Positions 9,704 to 20,247 of a stretch of 64,000 nt of DNA are shown here, in pieces; position 1 is the first letter of the stretch; every line of letters begins with the position of its first letter. A program made the translations under genes and the position numbers. Origin of the DNA: Candidatus Bathyarchaeia archaeon (GTDB taxonomy: Archaea; Thermoproteota; Bathyarchaeia; Bathyarchaeales; Bathycorpusculaceae); the NCBI GenBank assembly GCA_038727135.1, contig JAVYWL010000001.1, positions 704,001-768,000 of the forward strand, given 5' to 3'. The notes beneath the pieces are model-generated. The model saw only the letters and a list, made by a program, of their open reading frames with translations, did no database searches and was not told the DNA's origin.

Positions 9704-10954
9704 TTGGTTAGGCTAAGGGGCTTCCAAAAACTTGCAACAATTGAAGAAGCGGAAAAACTATTTTTCAACAGCCTAAAACTTGAACGGCGTAAAACCGAAA
9801 TGATTCCAGTTTGGGAAGCGCTTAACCGCGTTTTGGCAGAAGATATCATAGCAGATGAAAACCTTCCAAGATTTGACCGTTCCGCAGTTGACGGTTATGC
9901 TGTTAAAGCCGAAGATACCTTTGGGGCTTCCCAGTTTAAGCCCAAAACCCTAAAACTGACAAATGCAAGCGAGGTGAAAAAGGGCGAAGCAAGACAAGTT
10001 TGGACCGGAAACCCTCTTCCAAGAGGAGCAGACGCCGTCTTGATGCTGGAGAATGTTAGGCTTGTTGGTGACAGCCAAATAGAGGTTTGGACAGCTGTTA
10101 CGCCGGGCGAGAATGTTTCGAAGCGGGGAGAAGACGTGGCAAAAGGCGAGGTCGCAGTAAAGGCTGAAACACGCCTTAAACCACACCATTTAGCCCTAAT
10201 ATCGGCGCTTGGCAAAAGCAAAATAAAAGTCTTTGAAAAGCCTAAGGTGGCGATTTTGGCAACTGGAAACGAGCTTGTCCAAGCTGGACAAAAACCACGC
10301 GAAGACCAAATCTATGAAACGAATAGAGTTATGCTTGCATCCATGTGCCATGAACTGGGCGCCGAGCCCATAGATTTGGGAATTGCAAAAGACGATGTTG
10401 AGGAAATTTCAGAAAAGCTCAAACAAGGGCTGGAGAAGGCGGACATTATAATAACCACCGGCGGTACAAGTGTTGGAGAATCGGACTTAGTTCCAACAGC
10501 CATAAACAAGCTTGGTAAGCCCGGCGTTATTGTTCACGGAGTTGCCATGCGCCCAGCCATGCCAACAGCCCTAGCCGTTGTAAATGGTAAGCCAATAATA
10601 GTGCTTTCAGGCAATCCGGTGGCAGCTTTCTTCGGCTTTGAGGTTTTCGCAAGACCTTTAATCCTCAAAATGCTAGGCATAAAAAACGAGTCCAGACCCG
10701 TTGTGATGGCAAGACTGACAAGGCGGACATCGGCGGCTCTTGGAAGAAAAACCTTTGTTCGCGTCCGTGTCTTCCAGAGGGATGGAGAGTTTTATGCTGA
10801 GCCCATAAGTGCTAGGGGTTCTGGCATAATCTCAACATTAACAAGGGCTGATGGCTATGTTGTCGTGCCCGAAAACCGCGAGGGACTAGAAGAGGGCGAA
10901 ACTGTTCAAGTTCGCCTCTTTGACACGTTGGGGGTTTTTAGCGAGAATGTTTAG
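9704..10954 (+). CDS. moeA: Molybdopterin molybdenumtransferase MoeA (copy 1)
   Basis: FDRSAVDGYAV, ATGNEL, TTGGTSVG, SGNP motifs. Confidence 0.92.
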   Translation: MVRLRGFQKLATIEEAEKLFFNSLKLERRKTEMIPVWEALNRVLAEDIIADENLPRFDRSAVDGYAVKAEDTFGASQFKPKTLKLTNASEVKKGEARQVWTGNPLPRGADAVLMLENVRLVGDSQIEVWTAVTPGENVSKRGEDVAKGEVAVKAETRLKPHHLALISALGKSKIKVFEKPKVAILATGNELVQAGQKPREDQIYETNRVMLASMCHELGAEPIDLGIAKDDVEEISEKLKQGLEKADIIITTGGTSVGESDLVPTAINKLGKPGVIVHGVAMRPAMPTALAVVNGKPIIVLSGNPVAAFFGFEVFARPLILKMLGIKNESRPVVMARLTRRTSAALGRKTFVRVRVFQRDGEFYAEPISARGSGIISTLTRADGYVVVPENREGLEEGETVQVRLFDTLGVFSENV

Positions 10955-12182
10955 AAAACTCTTCACCCTCGAAGAGGCAAAGAAGGCTATTGAAAAACAT
11001 TTTGAGGCTAAACCAATAGGCGTCGAAGAAGTCCCGCTTTTGGAGGCTTACAACCGCGTTTTAGCAGAAGACGTAACCGCCCCGCTGGATATTCCACCCT
11101 TCAACCGCTCAACAGTGGACGGTTATGCCGTTAAAGCCGAAGACACTTTTGGTGCGGACGAAAATAGACCAGTAAAGCTGAAGCTTTGCGGAACAGTAAA
11201 CGTTGGGGAAATGCCAAAAATTAAAGTGGAATATGGAACAGCAGCAGAAATAATGACTGGCGCGCCAATTCCCGAAGGCGCGGACGCTGTTGTTATGGCT
11301 GAAAACACCGAGCTAAGGAACGGTGAAGTCTACGTTTATGCTGCAGTGGCAAAAGATGAAAACATAATGAGGGCTGGAGCAGACATAAAAAGGGGCGAAA
11401 CCGTTGCAAAGCAAGGACAACTTTTAGGCGCAAGGGAAATCGGCGCCATAGCAGCAGTTGGACTTTCAAAAGTAAAGGTTTACAAAATCCCCCGAGTGGC
11501 TGTTTTATCCACAGGCGCAGAAATAACCGAACCAGGCGAGCCACTAGCTCCAGGAAAAATTTATGATATTAACGCCTACAGCCTAAGCACAGCTGTTATG
11601 GAAAGCGGCGGAAAACCAGTCTATCTGGGGGTTTTTCCGGACGACCCAGATGAAATTGAAAAAGCATTGAAAAAAGCGTTATCGTCAGCGGACGTTGTTG
11701 TGACTTCAGGAGGAGTTTCAGTCGGACCAAAAGATGTCATTCCAAAAACACTTAGTCTCCTTGGAAAGCCCGGCGTGGTTGTTTGCGGGATGGCTACAAA
11801 ACCGGGAAAGCCAACAACCGTCGCTGTTGTAGACGGCAAGCCCGTTTTCGCCCTTCCCGGACACCCAACCTCAGCACTATTGATCTTTCACCTGCTTGTG
11901 CGCCCAATAATAGAATGTATGGCCGGAAGAAAAGCTTCGGAGGCTGCTGTTGTTAGGGCTCTGGCTTTGACGCGGATGTTTCCAGCAAGGGGTAGACGCA
12001 CCTTCATCATGGTGAAACTCAAAAGAGACGAGAAACAACGGCTCGTAGCAGAACCCGTTCCAGTTGGGCTTTCAGGAGCCATAACAACCCTATTAAGGGC
12101 TGACGGATTCATAGAAATCCCAGAAAACCAGCAGTTTGTAGATGCAGGGGAAGAGGTCACAGTTCACCTTTTAAAAACTTAG
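10947..12182 (+). CDS. moeA: Molybdopterin molybdenumtransferase MoeA (copy 2)
   Basis: FNRSTVDGYAV, TSGGVSVG, KPGKPT, LPGHP motifs. Confidence 0.92.
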   Translation: MFRKLFTLEEAKKAIEKHFEAKPIGVEEVPLLEAYNRVLAEDVTAPLDIPPFNRSTVDGYAVKAEDTFGADENRPVKLKLCGTVNVGEMPKIKVEYGTAAEIMTGAPIPEGADAVVMAENTELRNGEVYVYAAVAKDENIMRAGADIKRGETVAKQGQLLGAREIGAIAAVGLSKVKVYKIPRVAVLSTGAEITEPGEPLAPGKIYDINAYSLSTAVMESGGKPVYLGVFPDDPDEIEKALKKALSSADVVVTSGGVSVGPKDVIPKTLSLLGKPGVVVCGMATKPGKPTTVAVVDGKPVFALPGHPTSALLIFHLLVRPIIECMAGRKASEAAVVRALALTRMFPARGRRTFIMVKLKRDEKQRLVAEPVPVGLSGAITTLLRADGFIEIPENQQFVDAGEEVTVHLLKT

Positions 12183-12195
12183 GGAACATAGATGT

Positions 12196-12555
12196 TTAAA
12201 ATTCGAGTTTCTTTCTTCTAGCAGCCAGATAAATTGTGGCAACCCATGTTAAGATCAAGTACAGAATCATGGCTGTGTCAATAATGATGTCGCTACCCAA
12301 AGTGTAGTAAAGCATTGAAGCAGTAAAGGTTGTGTTTGTGAAGAAGAGGACAAAAACGCTCCAGAGAGCCCAACGCCTCCGCCTAATCAAACCGTAGGCT
12401 GTTGCTAGGTTTATTATGCCAATCAAGCCTATGTGGATCAGCTCATAATCCACTGTGGCCAATACGATAATGCAGACGATGCCAGAGGCGGTATAGAAGA
12501 TCGAGGCTAGAAGCAAACCTATGTTTTCGATTTTAAGCCGTGACTTGAATCCCAT
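12196..12555 (-). CDS. Small 4-TM hypothetical membrane protein
   Basis: 119 aa, four hydrophobic segments, basic C-terminus. Confidence 0.6.
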   Translation of the reverse strand: MGFKSRLKIENIGLLLASIFYTASGIVCIIVLATVDYELIHIGLIGIINLATAYGLIRRRRWALWSVFVLFFTNTTFTASMLYYTLGSDIIIDTAMILYLILTWVATIYLAARRKKLEF

Positions 12556-12725
12556 GGCGGTTGCCTTCTGGAATTAATGCATTAAATTGAAACGCATATG
12601 GTTAATAAATCATATGCTTTGAACAGCCACTTTTACTTCCAAGCCTATCATAAGCCCATGGATATTTCCATTTCGAAACAACCCTTTTTATAGGAAAGCG
12701 GCAATGCTTTATTGGAGAAAGGAGA

Positions 12726-14423
12726 ATGCGAAAGAGAAAAGTGACTATGCTCATATTTCTAACCATTTTAGCCCTAACGCTAAGCCTCACCCAAACTTTT
12801 ACTGCAGAAGCGTGCCACCGCGGGGACCGAAAGCCTCCAAAGATTCATTATGTTTGCCAATATCCGACAAAACCCGAATACGAGGACATTGTGCTGGTTT
12901 TAGCATACATAACAGATTCTAAAAGCGGGGTGGCTAACGCAACTCTTTGCTACAGAGTTAACGGCCAAGAAGTTGTTAGGCTAAAAATGAATAGGACTGG
13001 CAATTTGTTTTTTGCAGAGATTCCGCCAAAACGTTATAACTCCACAGTCGCCTATGTGGTCTGCGCCTGTGACAGGGCTGGAAACAAGGCATGCTCAAAA
13101 GAGTACACATATACGGTTGGCGACTTTCATCCACCAGTCATAACATACGTTGAGCGGGTTCCAGCCCAACCAAACTACAACGAAACCACTTTGATAATTG
13201 CGAATGCGATGGAGCCGCCTCTTGCAAGCGGCGTAAAAGAGCTTTTGCTATCTTATAACAATGGAACAGGTTGGAATGTTATAGGAATGATTTTCAATGG
13301 CACACTATATATTGCAGAAATACCAGCACTCCCGTACGGAACAATGGTGAATTATCGTGTTTTTGCGGTGGACAATGCTGGAAACACCGCAACCCTAGAC
13401 GTCTACTCATATGTGGTTGTCGACCGTTTCCCGCCGATAGCTACCATATTAACACCGAATGAGGGGAGCTATGTCGCCGGAAACATAAACGTCACAGTTC
13501 ACGTGGGAGACGACAATTTATTAAGCGCAAAACTCATGGTTGATGAAACCCTTTTAGCTGAATGGAATGTGACGGGACAATACGCCTTACAATTGGACAC
13601 GACAACACTGGATGACGGGCTTCACATTTTGACACTTGAAGCCCTTGATATGGCTGAAAACATAGCAAAACACGAAGTTACTGTAACTGTTGACAATACA
13701 TTACCAAGGGCGGAAATCCTTTCGCCGTCTAATGGAAGTTTTCTGCGCGGCATAGTGCTTGTTATGCTTCACGCCGAAGACGCAAACTTTGAAAGGATGA
13801 AGCTGGAAATAGGCGAAGAAATTCATGTTTGGGAGATAAAGGACCAAACCTACATTTGGGATACAAGCGGCTATAGCGACGGCATCTACAACATCACCTT
13901 AACGGTGTTTGACAATGCTGGAAACAAGGATGAAACCAGTATAACCGTAATCGTTGACAACACAGCCCCAATGCTGACAAGCTTCTCGTGGACGCCCACA
14001 GAGCCAAAAGAAAACGAGTCAGTCAAAGTCTCAGCCAGATTCGTGGACGATGGAAGCGGAATTAAAAACGCCACCTTATGGTTTAGGCTCCTAGGCGGAG
14101 AATGGCAAAAACTGCCAATGAATTTGGAGGATGGAAACTGGACTGGCACAATTCCGGAATATCCAAAAGATGCCATAATAACGTTTTATGTGGAATGCGT
14201 TGACAATGCTGGAAACATCGCAAAAACAATGGAAGGTTACTATATTGTCAAGGCTGTAGCAGGCGAGGGTGGCGTCACCCCCGGCGCTGAGGGGTTCCCA
14301 TTGTATTGGCTAATACTGGTAATTCTAGCGATATTCGCGGTTCTGGCTTCAACAGCCTATTACGTCAGAAAAAGAAAGCGCGGCGCCGCCACCACTAACT
14401 ATTTCGCCATAACAAGCCTCTAG
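12726..14423 (+). CDS. Secreted, C-terminally anchored surface protein with about five Ig-like repeats
   Basis: Signal peptide; repeated D-x-A-G/E-N strands and DxxxP linkers; C-terminal TM followed by RKRKR. Confidence 0.8.
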   Translation: MRKRKVTMLIFLTILALTLSLTQTFTAEACHRGDRKPPKIHYVCQYPTKPEYEDIVLVLAYITDSKSGVANATLCYRVNGQEVVRLKMNRTGNLFFAEIPPKRYNSTVAYVVCACDRAGNKACSKEYTYTVGDFHPPVITYVERVPAQPNYNETTLIIANAMEPPLASGVKELLLSYNNGTGWNVIGMIFNGTLYIAEIPALPYGTMVNYRVFAVDNAGNTATLDVYSYVVVDRFPPIATILTPNEGSYVAGNINVTVHVGDDNLLSAKLMVDETLLAEWNVTGQYALQLDTTTLDDGLHILTLEALDMAENIAKHEVTVTVDNTLPRAEILSPSNGSFLRGIVLVMLHAEDANFERMKLEIGEEIHVWEIKDQTYIWDTSGYSDGIYNITLTVFDNAGNKDETSITVIVDNTAPMLTSFSWTPTEPKENESVKVSARFVDDGSGIKNATLWFRLLGGEWQKLPMNLEDGNWTGTIPEYPKDAIITFYVECVDNAGNIAKTMEGYYIVKAVAGEGGVTPGAEGFPLYWLILVILAIFAVLASTAYYVRKRKRGAATTNYFAITSL

Positions 14424-14525
14424 CCATCACGTCCGACAGCGTCAAAGCGTCTTCAATTTTCATTATGAAGCGAAAGAGTTTAGAACTTAATAGGCTAAAC
14501 AGTTTAGCCGTTCAGCTTCAAGAGG

Positions 14526-15434
14526 ATGCAAAAGATGGGCTACCGCGACTTGTATGTTTCGCACCCCACAGTTTTTAGCGGTTTTCAGAAGACTTTTGAG
14601 GAAGCTGACTACGTGGTTTTGGGCGTGCCTTTTGATGTTACAAGCACCTATCGAACAGGGGCTAGGTTTGGACCCAACGCAATAAGGGAGGCATCCCTAA
14701 ACATTGAAACCTACAGCATCCGCAGCGGTGTGGACGTTGAAGAACTGCGAATTCATGACTTAGGCGACTTGCATGTTTCCACAGACACCGAGCAAACCCT
14801 TGAAAGACTTGCAAGAGTTATCAAAGAAATATTGGAGGCTGGAAAAACGCCCATCACCATTGGTGGGGAGCACACAGTTACACTTGGCGTTTTGAAAGGT
14901 TTTGGCAACAAAGCTTCAGAGATGGCTGTTTTAAGTTTTGACGCCCATCTCGATTTGCGGGACGAGTTTATGGGTTTAAGGCTTTCTCACGCGACTTTTA
15001 TGCGAAGACTAAATGAGCAGTTAAAGCCAGCAAAAATCTTGGAAATTGGTGTAAGAGCCGTTTGCAGAGAGGAGCTTGAATATGCGGATAAAGCCGGAGT
15101 AGAATTCGTGACAGCCCAGCAGATTAGAAAGAACGGGGTAGAGCAGACACTGAAGCTTTTGAGGCTAAAGCTCGCCAAGGTGAAAAGTGTTTATGTTTCC
15201 GTGGATATGGATGTTCTTGATCCAGCCTATGCCCCGGCTGTGCAAAATCCAGAACCTGACGGCCTCGAAAGCCACAAATTGCTGGACATTTTATGCGGTA
15301 TTTGTGATAAGCGTGTTGTGGGACTGGATGTTGTGGAAGTTGCCCCAAACTATGATTTTGGGGTTACGGCGGTTCAAGCAGCAAAGATAATTTTTGAGCT
15401 TCTGTCAAGTATGGAAAAATTGCGGGTACACTGA
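14526..15434 (+). CDS. speB: Agmatinase (ureohydrolase family)
   Basis: GGEH, DAHLD, SVDMDVLDP, VVEVAP motifs. Confidence 0.92.
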   Translation: MQKMGYRDLYVSHPTVFSGFQKTFEEADYVVLGVPFDVTSTYRTGARFGPNAIREASLNIETYSIRSGVDVEELRIHDLGDLHVSTDTEQTLERLARVIKEILEAGKTPITIGGEHTVTLGVLKGFGNKASEMAVLSFDAHLDLRDEFMGLRLSHATFMRRLNEQLKPAKILEIGVRAVCREELEYADKAGVEFVTAQQIRKNGVEQTLKLLRLKLAKVKSVYVSVDMDVLDPAYAPAVQNPEPDGLESHKLLDILCGICDKRVVGLDVVEVAPNYDFGVTAVQAAKIIFELLSSMEKLRVH

Positions 15435-15555
15435 GCGATAATCTTTTATGTGGATTATTTTGAAATGCTCTTTCATCTGCTGTTACAAGGATGGCTCTTG
15501 GCGTCTGCGTTAAACCATGATGATGGAGTACCTTTAGATTCTCAAATTGCGTCAT
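15429..15555 (-). pseudogene. Possible degraded PIN-domain (VapC-like) C-terminal fragment
   Basis: HHGLTQTPRAILVTADE, then after a 1-nt shift HFKIIHIKDY; resembles the VapC YHALA...LVTADE end. Confidence 0.35.
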
Positions 15556-16904
15556 GTTTTGCCCCTTGACAATTTTGCTATGAAGAAGCCGTTGCACTCG
15601 TGGATGTGTGGGTAAAGCCTCTGGCATTTTTCCATTCCTCTCATTCCTGGAAGCCCGATTTTTGGTGTTATTTCAGCCAGTGAGAACTCCGGATGCCACT
15701 TTAAGAATCTTTCAATAAGCATTTCGTTTTCTTCAACTGTTATGCTGCAAGTGGAATAGATTAGTGTACCGCCTGGCTTGACTTTTTCAGCGCAGTTTTC
15801 CAGCATCTGCCACTGGATTACAGACATCTTCTCAACGGAGCGCTGTGTAAGCCTCCATTTGGCTGATGGAATCTTTGCGAAGGCTCCTGTGCTTGTGCAT
15901 GGCGGATCTAAAACTACCATGTCCGCCTCTATGGAGACTGGCAGCGGATTACATGCGTCAGCAATTATTGGCTCGGCGATATCCACACCCATTCTTGCTA
16001 TCTCGCTTTTCCAAACATTCATCCTTCGTCTTGAAAAGTCTATTGAATATATTGTGCCTCGGTTCTGCATGAGCTGAGCCAGATAGGTGGTTTTGGCACC
16101 AGGAGCCGCACATACATCCAAAAGCACGGCTCCTGGCTGTGGGTTTGCCACTTCGGCTGCATAGCAGCTAGCCTTATCTTGAATGTAAAATAAGCCTTCG
16201 CTGAAGCTTTTGGTTCTTGTGAGCGGGGTTTTTGTGCCTAACACCTTGTAGGCATAGCGTAACCCATCAACTTTTTTAACTCTTACTTTTTCCTCGACTA
16301 GTCTCGCCAAAATTTCATTTTCGCTACCTTTTAGTGTGTTAAGTCTAATGTATGTTGGGGGCACCTTCAAGTTTGCCTCCAAAATGTTTATGGCTTCTTT
16401 TCTGCCGAAAAGTTTGAAGCAGTACCGCACAAACCATGTTGGATGGAAAGTTAGAAGTCCAACCCTTTCCTCGTCGCCCATGCCTTTTGGAATGATGTTT
16501 GGGCTTTCTGTTAAAAGCAAGCCTAGAAATGGCTCAACGCTTTGGAGGGTTCTCCATCCCAAAATTGAACGGGCAAGCTTCACAATGTTTTTTGCCTCTT
16601 CAATGTCTAGTTTCCCCCAGTTTTTGGCAACCCTTGTCTGGTAAACGTAAAGCCTCAAAAAGGACTGGACGCCCAAGGTGAACTCGCTTATAGATTTGGG
16701 CTTCAAAACTTCGTTTATAAAACGGTCTATAAGGTTGTGGCGCCGGACGGTTTCACAGACAAGACCGTGAGCATAGCGCAAGGCGTCAATATCGCTTATT
16801 TCAAGCTGTTTTGCTGTTCTGGCTATGGCTAGACGCTCGCTTATTTGCGCTTTCTCCATCCAGCTTAAGGCTTCAATAGCCAGAGACCAAGCCTCTCTAA
16901 GCAT
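15552..16904 (-). CDS. RsmB/NOL1/NOP2 family RNA m5C methyltransferase with NusB-like N-terminus
   Basis: IQD, DVCAAPGAKT, DPPC, YSTCS..EENE, GFFIAKL. Confidence 0.9.
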   Translation of the reverse strand: MLREAWSLAIEALSWMEKAQISERLAIARTAKQLEISDIDALRYAHGLVCETVRRHNLIDRFINEVLKPKSISEFTLGVQSFLRLYVYQTRVAKNWGKLDIEEAKNIVKLARSILGWRTLQSVEPFLGLLLTESPNIIPKGMGDEERVGLLTFHPTWFVRYCFKLFGRKEAINILEANLKVPPTYIRLNTLKGSENEILARLVEEKVRVKKVDGLRYAYKVLGTKTPLTRTKSFSEGLFYIQDKASCYAAEVANPQPGAVLLDVCAAPGAKTTYLAQLMQNRGTIYSIDFSRRRMNVWKSEIARMGVDIAEPIIADACNPLPVSIEADMVVLDPPCTSTGAFAKIPSAKWRLTQRSVEKMSVIQWQMLENCAEKVKPGGTLIYSTCSITVEENEMLIERFLKWHPEFSLAEITPKIGLPGMRGMEKCQRLYPHIHECNGFFIAKLSRGKT

Positions 16905-17061
16905 TCCCTTTTCACTCGGCTAAACAGCAATACAGAGGCGCTTAAAAGATTAAAAGTTTCCATAAAGGGCGGTATGCGATATGCCCTTGAAAGTTTCAAG
17001 GTTTCGTTTAGTAAGGTTTTTAGTCTGTTGCTGGTGATATTTAGTTAGGTTAAGAGCGGTT

Positions 17062-19740
17062 ATGGCTCAAAGGCGCTTAGACGAGTTTTCAATGTCAGTG
17101 GCTAAACCTCAAGAAGTCAAAGGGGAAGCCTTACCCTTCACAGAATCCTTAAAAAAGGAACGTGGACAGCGGGTTTTCCCGCCAACGGCACCGGAAAACC
17201 TTCCTCCTTCATATTTTGTTTCAGCCACTTATGATGGCAAAGCTGGAAAAGCCTTCATCAAGCTTTACGAGCCGGTTTCTGGGCGAATCTACTTCTGGTA
17301 TGATAACACCGGGCATAAGCCTTACTGTTATACAAACCTCTCGCCCTTCGAGCTTGAAAAAATTGACCGTTTAATGAAGCATCCGGGCTTCGACCACTTC
17401 GAAATTGAGGAGAAGTTTGACCCCCTATTGGATAAGCCTGTCAAAGTGACAAAGATCGTTGCAAAAGACCCGCTGGCTATTGGGGGACGCCCAAGGGGAT
17501 GCATAAGAGACATTATCCCAGAAGACTTTCCAAAAGTTGCAGATGTCCCGGTTTCCGCGGAATCCATTAAGGTTTGGGAGTCCAAGATAAAGTATTACCA
17601 ATCCTACATTTATGATCGTGGACTTTTGCCTGGCATGGTTTATGAGGTTAGGGATGGCAATCTTGTGCCAAAACGCCTAGAAGAAGCAGAAAAAATGGTT
17701 CAGCAAATCGTTGGCACTTTCAAGGAGGCTGACGCCGAAGAACTCCAGTATATTGAGCAGTGGGCCAGGCTCCTTGAATACCCAGCTCCAAAGTTCCGCT
17801 ACGTCGCCATGGACATCGAGGTTTACTCGCCCATACCAACCCGGATGCCAGACCCCCGTGAGGCGGCGTACCCAATAGTCTGCGTCTCCCTATACAGTTC
17901 AGACGGACAAAAACGGGTTCTCCTCTTAAAAAGGGATGGAGTTCGCGAAGGCACAGAACGTTTACCAGCAGACGTTCAAATAGAATATTTTGACTCTGAA
18001 GAGAAGTTAATAATGGCTGTTTTTGAGGTTTTATGGAACTACCCCTTTGTAATAACCTTTAACGGTGACGATTTCGACTTGCGGTATTTGGCACACAGAG
18101 CGGAAAACCACGGCTTTAAGAGAGATGAAATTCCAATAGAAATTGGCAAGCGGGTTTGCCTCCTAAAATATGGCGTCCACATAGACCTCTACAAGTTCTT
18201 CTTTAACCGCTCCATACAAATTTACGCCTTTAACAACCGCTACCGAGACGTAACCCTAGGCGATGTTGGCAAGGCGCTTGTAGGCTTAGACAAGATAACG
18301 CTGGAGAAGGGTATAGGCGAATTAACATACACGGAACTCGCAAAATACTGCTTCAGGGACGCTGAAATCACCTATAAACTCACAAGCTTCGAAGATGAAC
18401 TGGTCTTGAAGCTGATCCTCGTTTTGGCTAGAATAAGTAGCATGCCGATGGAGGATGTAAGCCGACAAGGCGTTTCCCGTTGGATAAGGAATTTTATGCA
18501 TCGCGAACACCGCAGAAAGAACATGCTTATTCCAAACGCTGAAGATATACTAGCCCTAAAGGGAAAGACAGCCACAAAAGCCATAATAAAGGGCAAAAAG
18601 TACAAGGGCGCCATAGTTGTTGAACCGGTGCCGGGTGTCCACTTCAATGTCGCGGTAATGGACTTCCCAAGCCTATACCCCTCAATAATAAAAGTTTGGA
18701 ACTTGGGCTACCAGTCCATATTGTGCGGGCATCCAGAGTGCCAAGCAAACCTCGTTCCAGACACACCCCACTGGGTCTGCCGCAAAAAACGCGCCCTAGA
18801 AAGCCTACTTATAGGTTCGCTTAGAGACTTGCGAGTCCAATGGTATAAGCCAAAATCAAAGGATAAGGCTCTGCCACCAGAAGTTAGAAGCTGGTACAAC
18901 ATCATTCAAGGCGCATTGAAAGTCATTTTAAACGCCAGCTACGGAGTTTTCGGAGCAGAAACTTTCGACCTTTACTGCCCACCAGTAGCCGAAGCAACAG
19001 CAGCCATAGGAAGACACGCCATAACACAAATAATTAAGAGGGCTGAAGAGCTAGGCATCCAAGTGCTTTACGGCGACACAGACAGCGTCTTCCTAAAAAA
19101 CCCATCAAAAGAACAGATACACGAACTTGAAGAGTGGACTGAACGCGAGCTAAAAATGGGCTTAGACGTGGACAAGGTTTACCGCTACGCGGTCTTCAGC
19201 TCTCGCAAAAAGAACTACTTGGGCGTTTTAGAAGATGGAAGCGTAGACGTTAAAGGCTTGACCGGCAAGAAACGCCACATCCCCCTATTCATCAAAAAGG
19301 CTTTCGACAAAATGAAAGAACGCCTAGCCATGGTCAAAACGCCGGCAGACTTCGAAGCCGCCAAAAAGGACATTATTCAAACAATCCGCGACTGCTACAT
19401 ACGCCTAAAAAGACGCGAATGGGAAAGCCTAAACGAGCTAGCCTTCAACGTGGTACTAGGTGAAGAACCAGAACGCTACACAAAAACAACACCACAGCAC
19501 GTGAAAGCCGCAAAAATCCTAAAAGAAAGCGGAATGGAACTCAAAGCCGGAGACCTAATAAGCTTTGTAAAAGTGGTAAACGAACCCCACGTAAAACCAG
19601 TGGAACTAGCAACAAAAAACGAGATAGACGTAGACAAGTACGTAGCTTATTTGCACTCCACCTTTGACCAAGTTTTAGATGCATTAGGCTTAGACTTCGA
19701 CGAGATAATAGGCTTAACAAAACTGGAACGCTTCATGTAA
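17062..19740 (+). CDS. polB1: Family B DNA polymerase, PolB1 type
   Basis: Exo DIE, FNGDDFD, YCFRD; pol DFPSLYPSII, KVILNASYG, YGDTDS, KKNY; N-terminal PIP-like QRRLDEF; no intein. Confidence 0.93.
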   Translation: MAQRRLDEFSMSVAKPQEVKGEALPFTESLKKERGQRVFPPTAPENLPPSYFVSATYDGKAGKAFIKLYEPVSGRIYFWYDNTGHKPYCYTNLSPFELEKIDRLMKHPGFDHFEIEEKFDPLLDKPVKVTKIVAKDPLAIGGRPRGCIRDIIPEDFPKVADVPVSAESIKVWESKIKYYQSYIYDRGLLPGMVYEVRDGNLVPKRLEEAEKMVQQIVGTFKEADAEELQYIEQWARLLEYPAPKFRYVAMDIEVYSPIPTRMPDPREAAYPIVCVSLYSSDGQKRVLLLKRDGVREGTERLPADVQIEYFDSEEKLIMAVFEVLWNYPFVITFNGDDFDLRYLAHRAENHGFKRDEIPIEIGKRVCLLKYGVHIDLYKFFFNRSIQIYAFNNRYRDVTLGDVGKALVGLDKITLEKGIGELTYTELAKYCFRDAEITYKLTSFEDELVLKLILVLARISSMPMEDVSRQGVSRWIRNFMHREHRRKNMLIPNAEDILALKGKTATKAIIKGKKYKGAIVVEPVPGVHFNVAVMDFPSLYPSIIKVWNLGYQSILCGHPECQANLVPDTPHWVCRKKRALESLLIGSLRDLRVQWYKPKSKDKALPPEVRSWYNIIQGALKVILNASYGVFGAETFDLYCPPVAEATAAIGRHAITQIIKRAEELGIQVLYGDTDSVFLKNPSKEQIHELEEWTERELKMGLDVDKVYRYAVFSSRKKNYLGVLEDGSVDVKGLTGKKRHIPLFIKKAFDKMKERLAMVKTPADFEAAKKDIIQTIRDCYIRLKRREWESLNELAFNVVLGEEPERYTKTTPQHVKAAKILKESGMELKAGDLISFVKVVNEPHVKPVELATKNEIDVDKYVAYLHSTFDQVLDALGLDFDEIIGLTKLERFM

Positions 19741-19743
19741 TCT

Positions 19744-20247
19744 TTAGTTTTCCACTTTTCTTGCATATCTTTTATCTATGCCACCTCGGTGTAAAGCCTC
19801 CAGAATAGCAAATCCAATGATGTTAATCGCCACAACAGAGCCTAGGAAAATACCGAATAATCCAATCTCCACCGGAACATTAAATATGAGCGCTAGGTAA
19901 CCTCCAACGATTATTGTTATCGTGGCGTTTTCCACAAAACATGCCATAAGCCTACGGGCAACACTCTTTCCACCGACAAGCCAAGCCAAGACACATGCAA
20001 CAAAATTTGCAGCGGTGCCGCCAACAATATCAATTATGCCCAAGCCACCATAAACGTTGGCAACCAAACACCCCAAACTAGTTCCAAGAGCAACAGGCAC
20101 GCCGAAAACCACTGACAGAGGCAAAAGCGCGTCGGCAACCCTCACTTGGTATATCCCAAAGCTTATAGGCGCCAGAAAAATCACGCCAGCAGCATACAAC
20201 GCCGCAAAAACCACTGTTAAAGCCAAATCCTTACTACCAAATTTCAA
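19744..20247 (-). CDS. queT: QueT-family ECF transporter S component
   Basis: AALYA...PISFG.YQVRVADAL...GCLVAN...G..DI.GG signature. Confidence 0.85.
   Translation of the reverse strand: MKFGSKDLALTVVFAALYAAGVIFLAPISFGIYQVRVADALLPLSVVFGVPVALGTSLGCLVANVYGGLGIIDIVGGTAANFVACVLAWLVGGKSVARRLMACFVENATITIIVGGYLALIFNVPVEIGLFGIFLGSVVAINIIGFAILEALHRGGIDKRYARKVEN

Noticed and set aside
9704-12182. Tandem moeA duplication as a novelty
   Set aside because: Two MoeA paralogs are common in archaea
13371-14217. Recurring gacaatgctggaaaca 16-mer as a CRISPR or DNA repeat
   Set aside because: Irregular spacing; it encodes the DNAGN motif of Ig-like repeats within a CDS
17062-19740. Intein or inactivated polymerase
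   Set aside because: Normal length with intact exo and pol motifs; no intein signature (also none in topA or infB)
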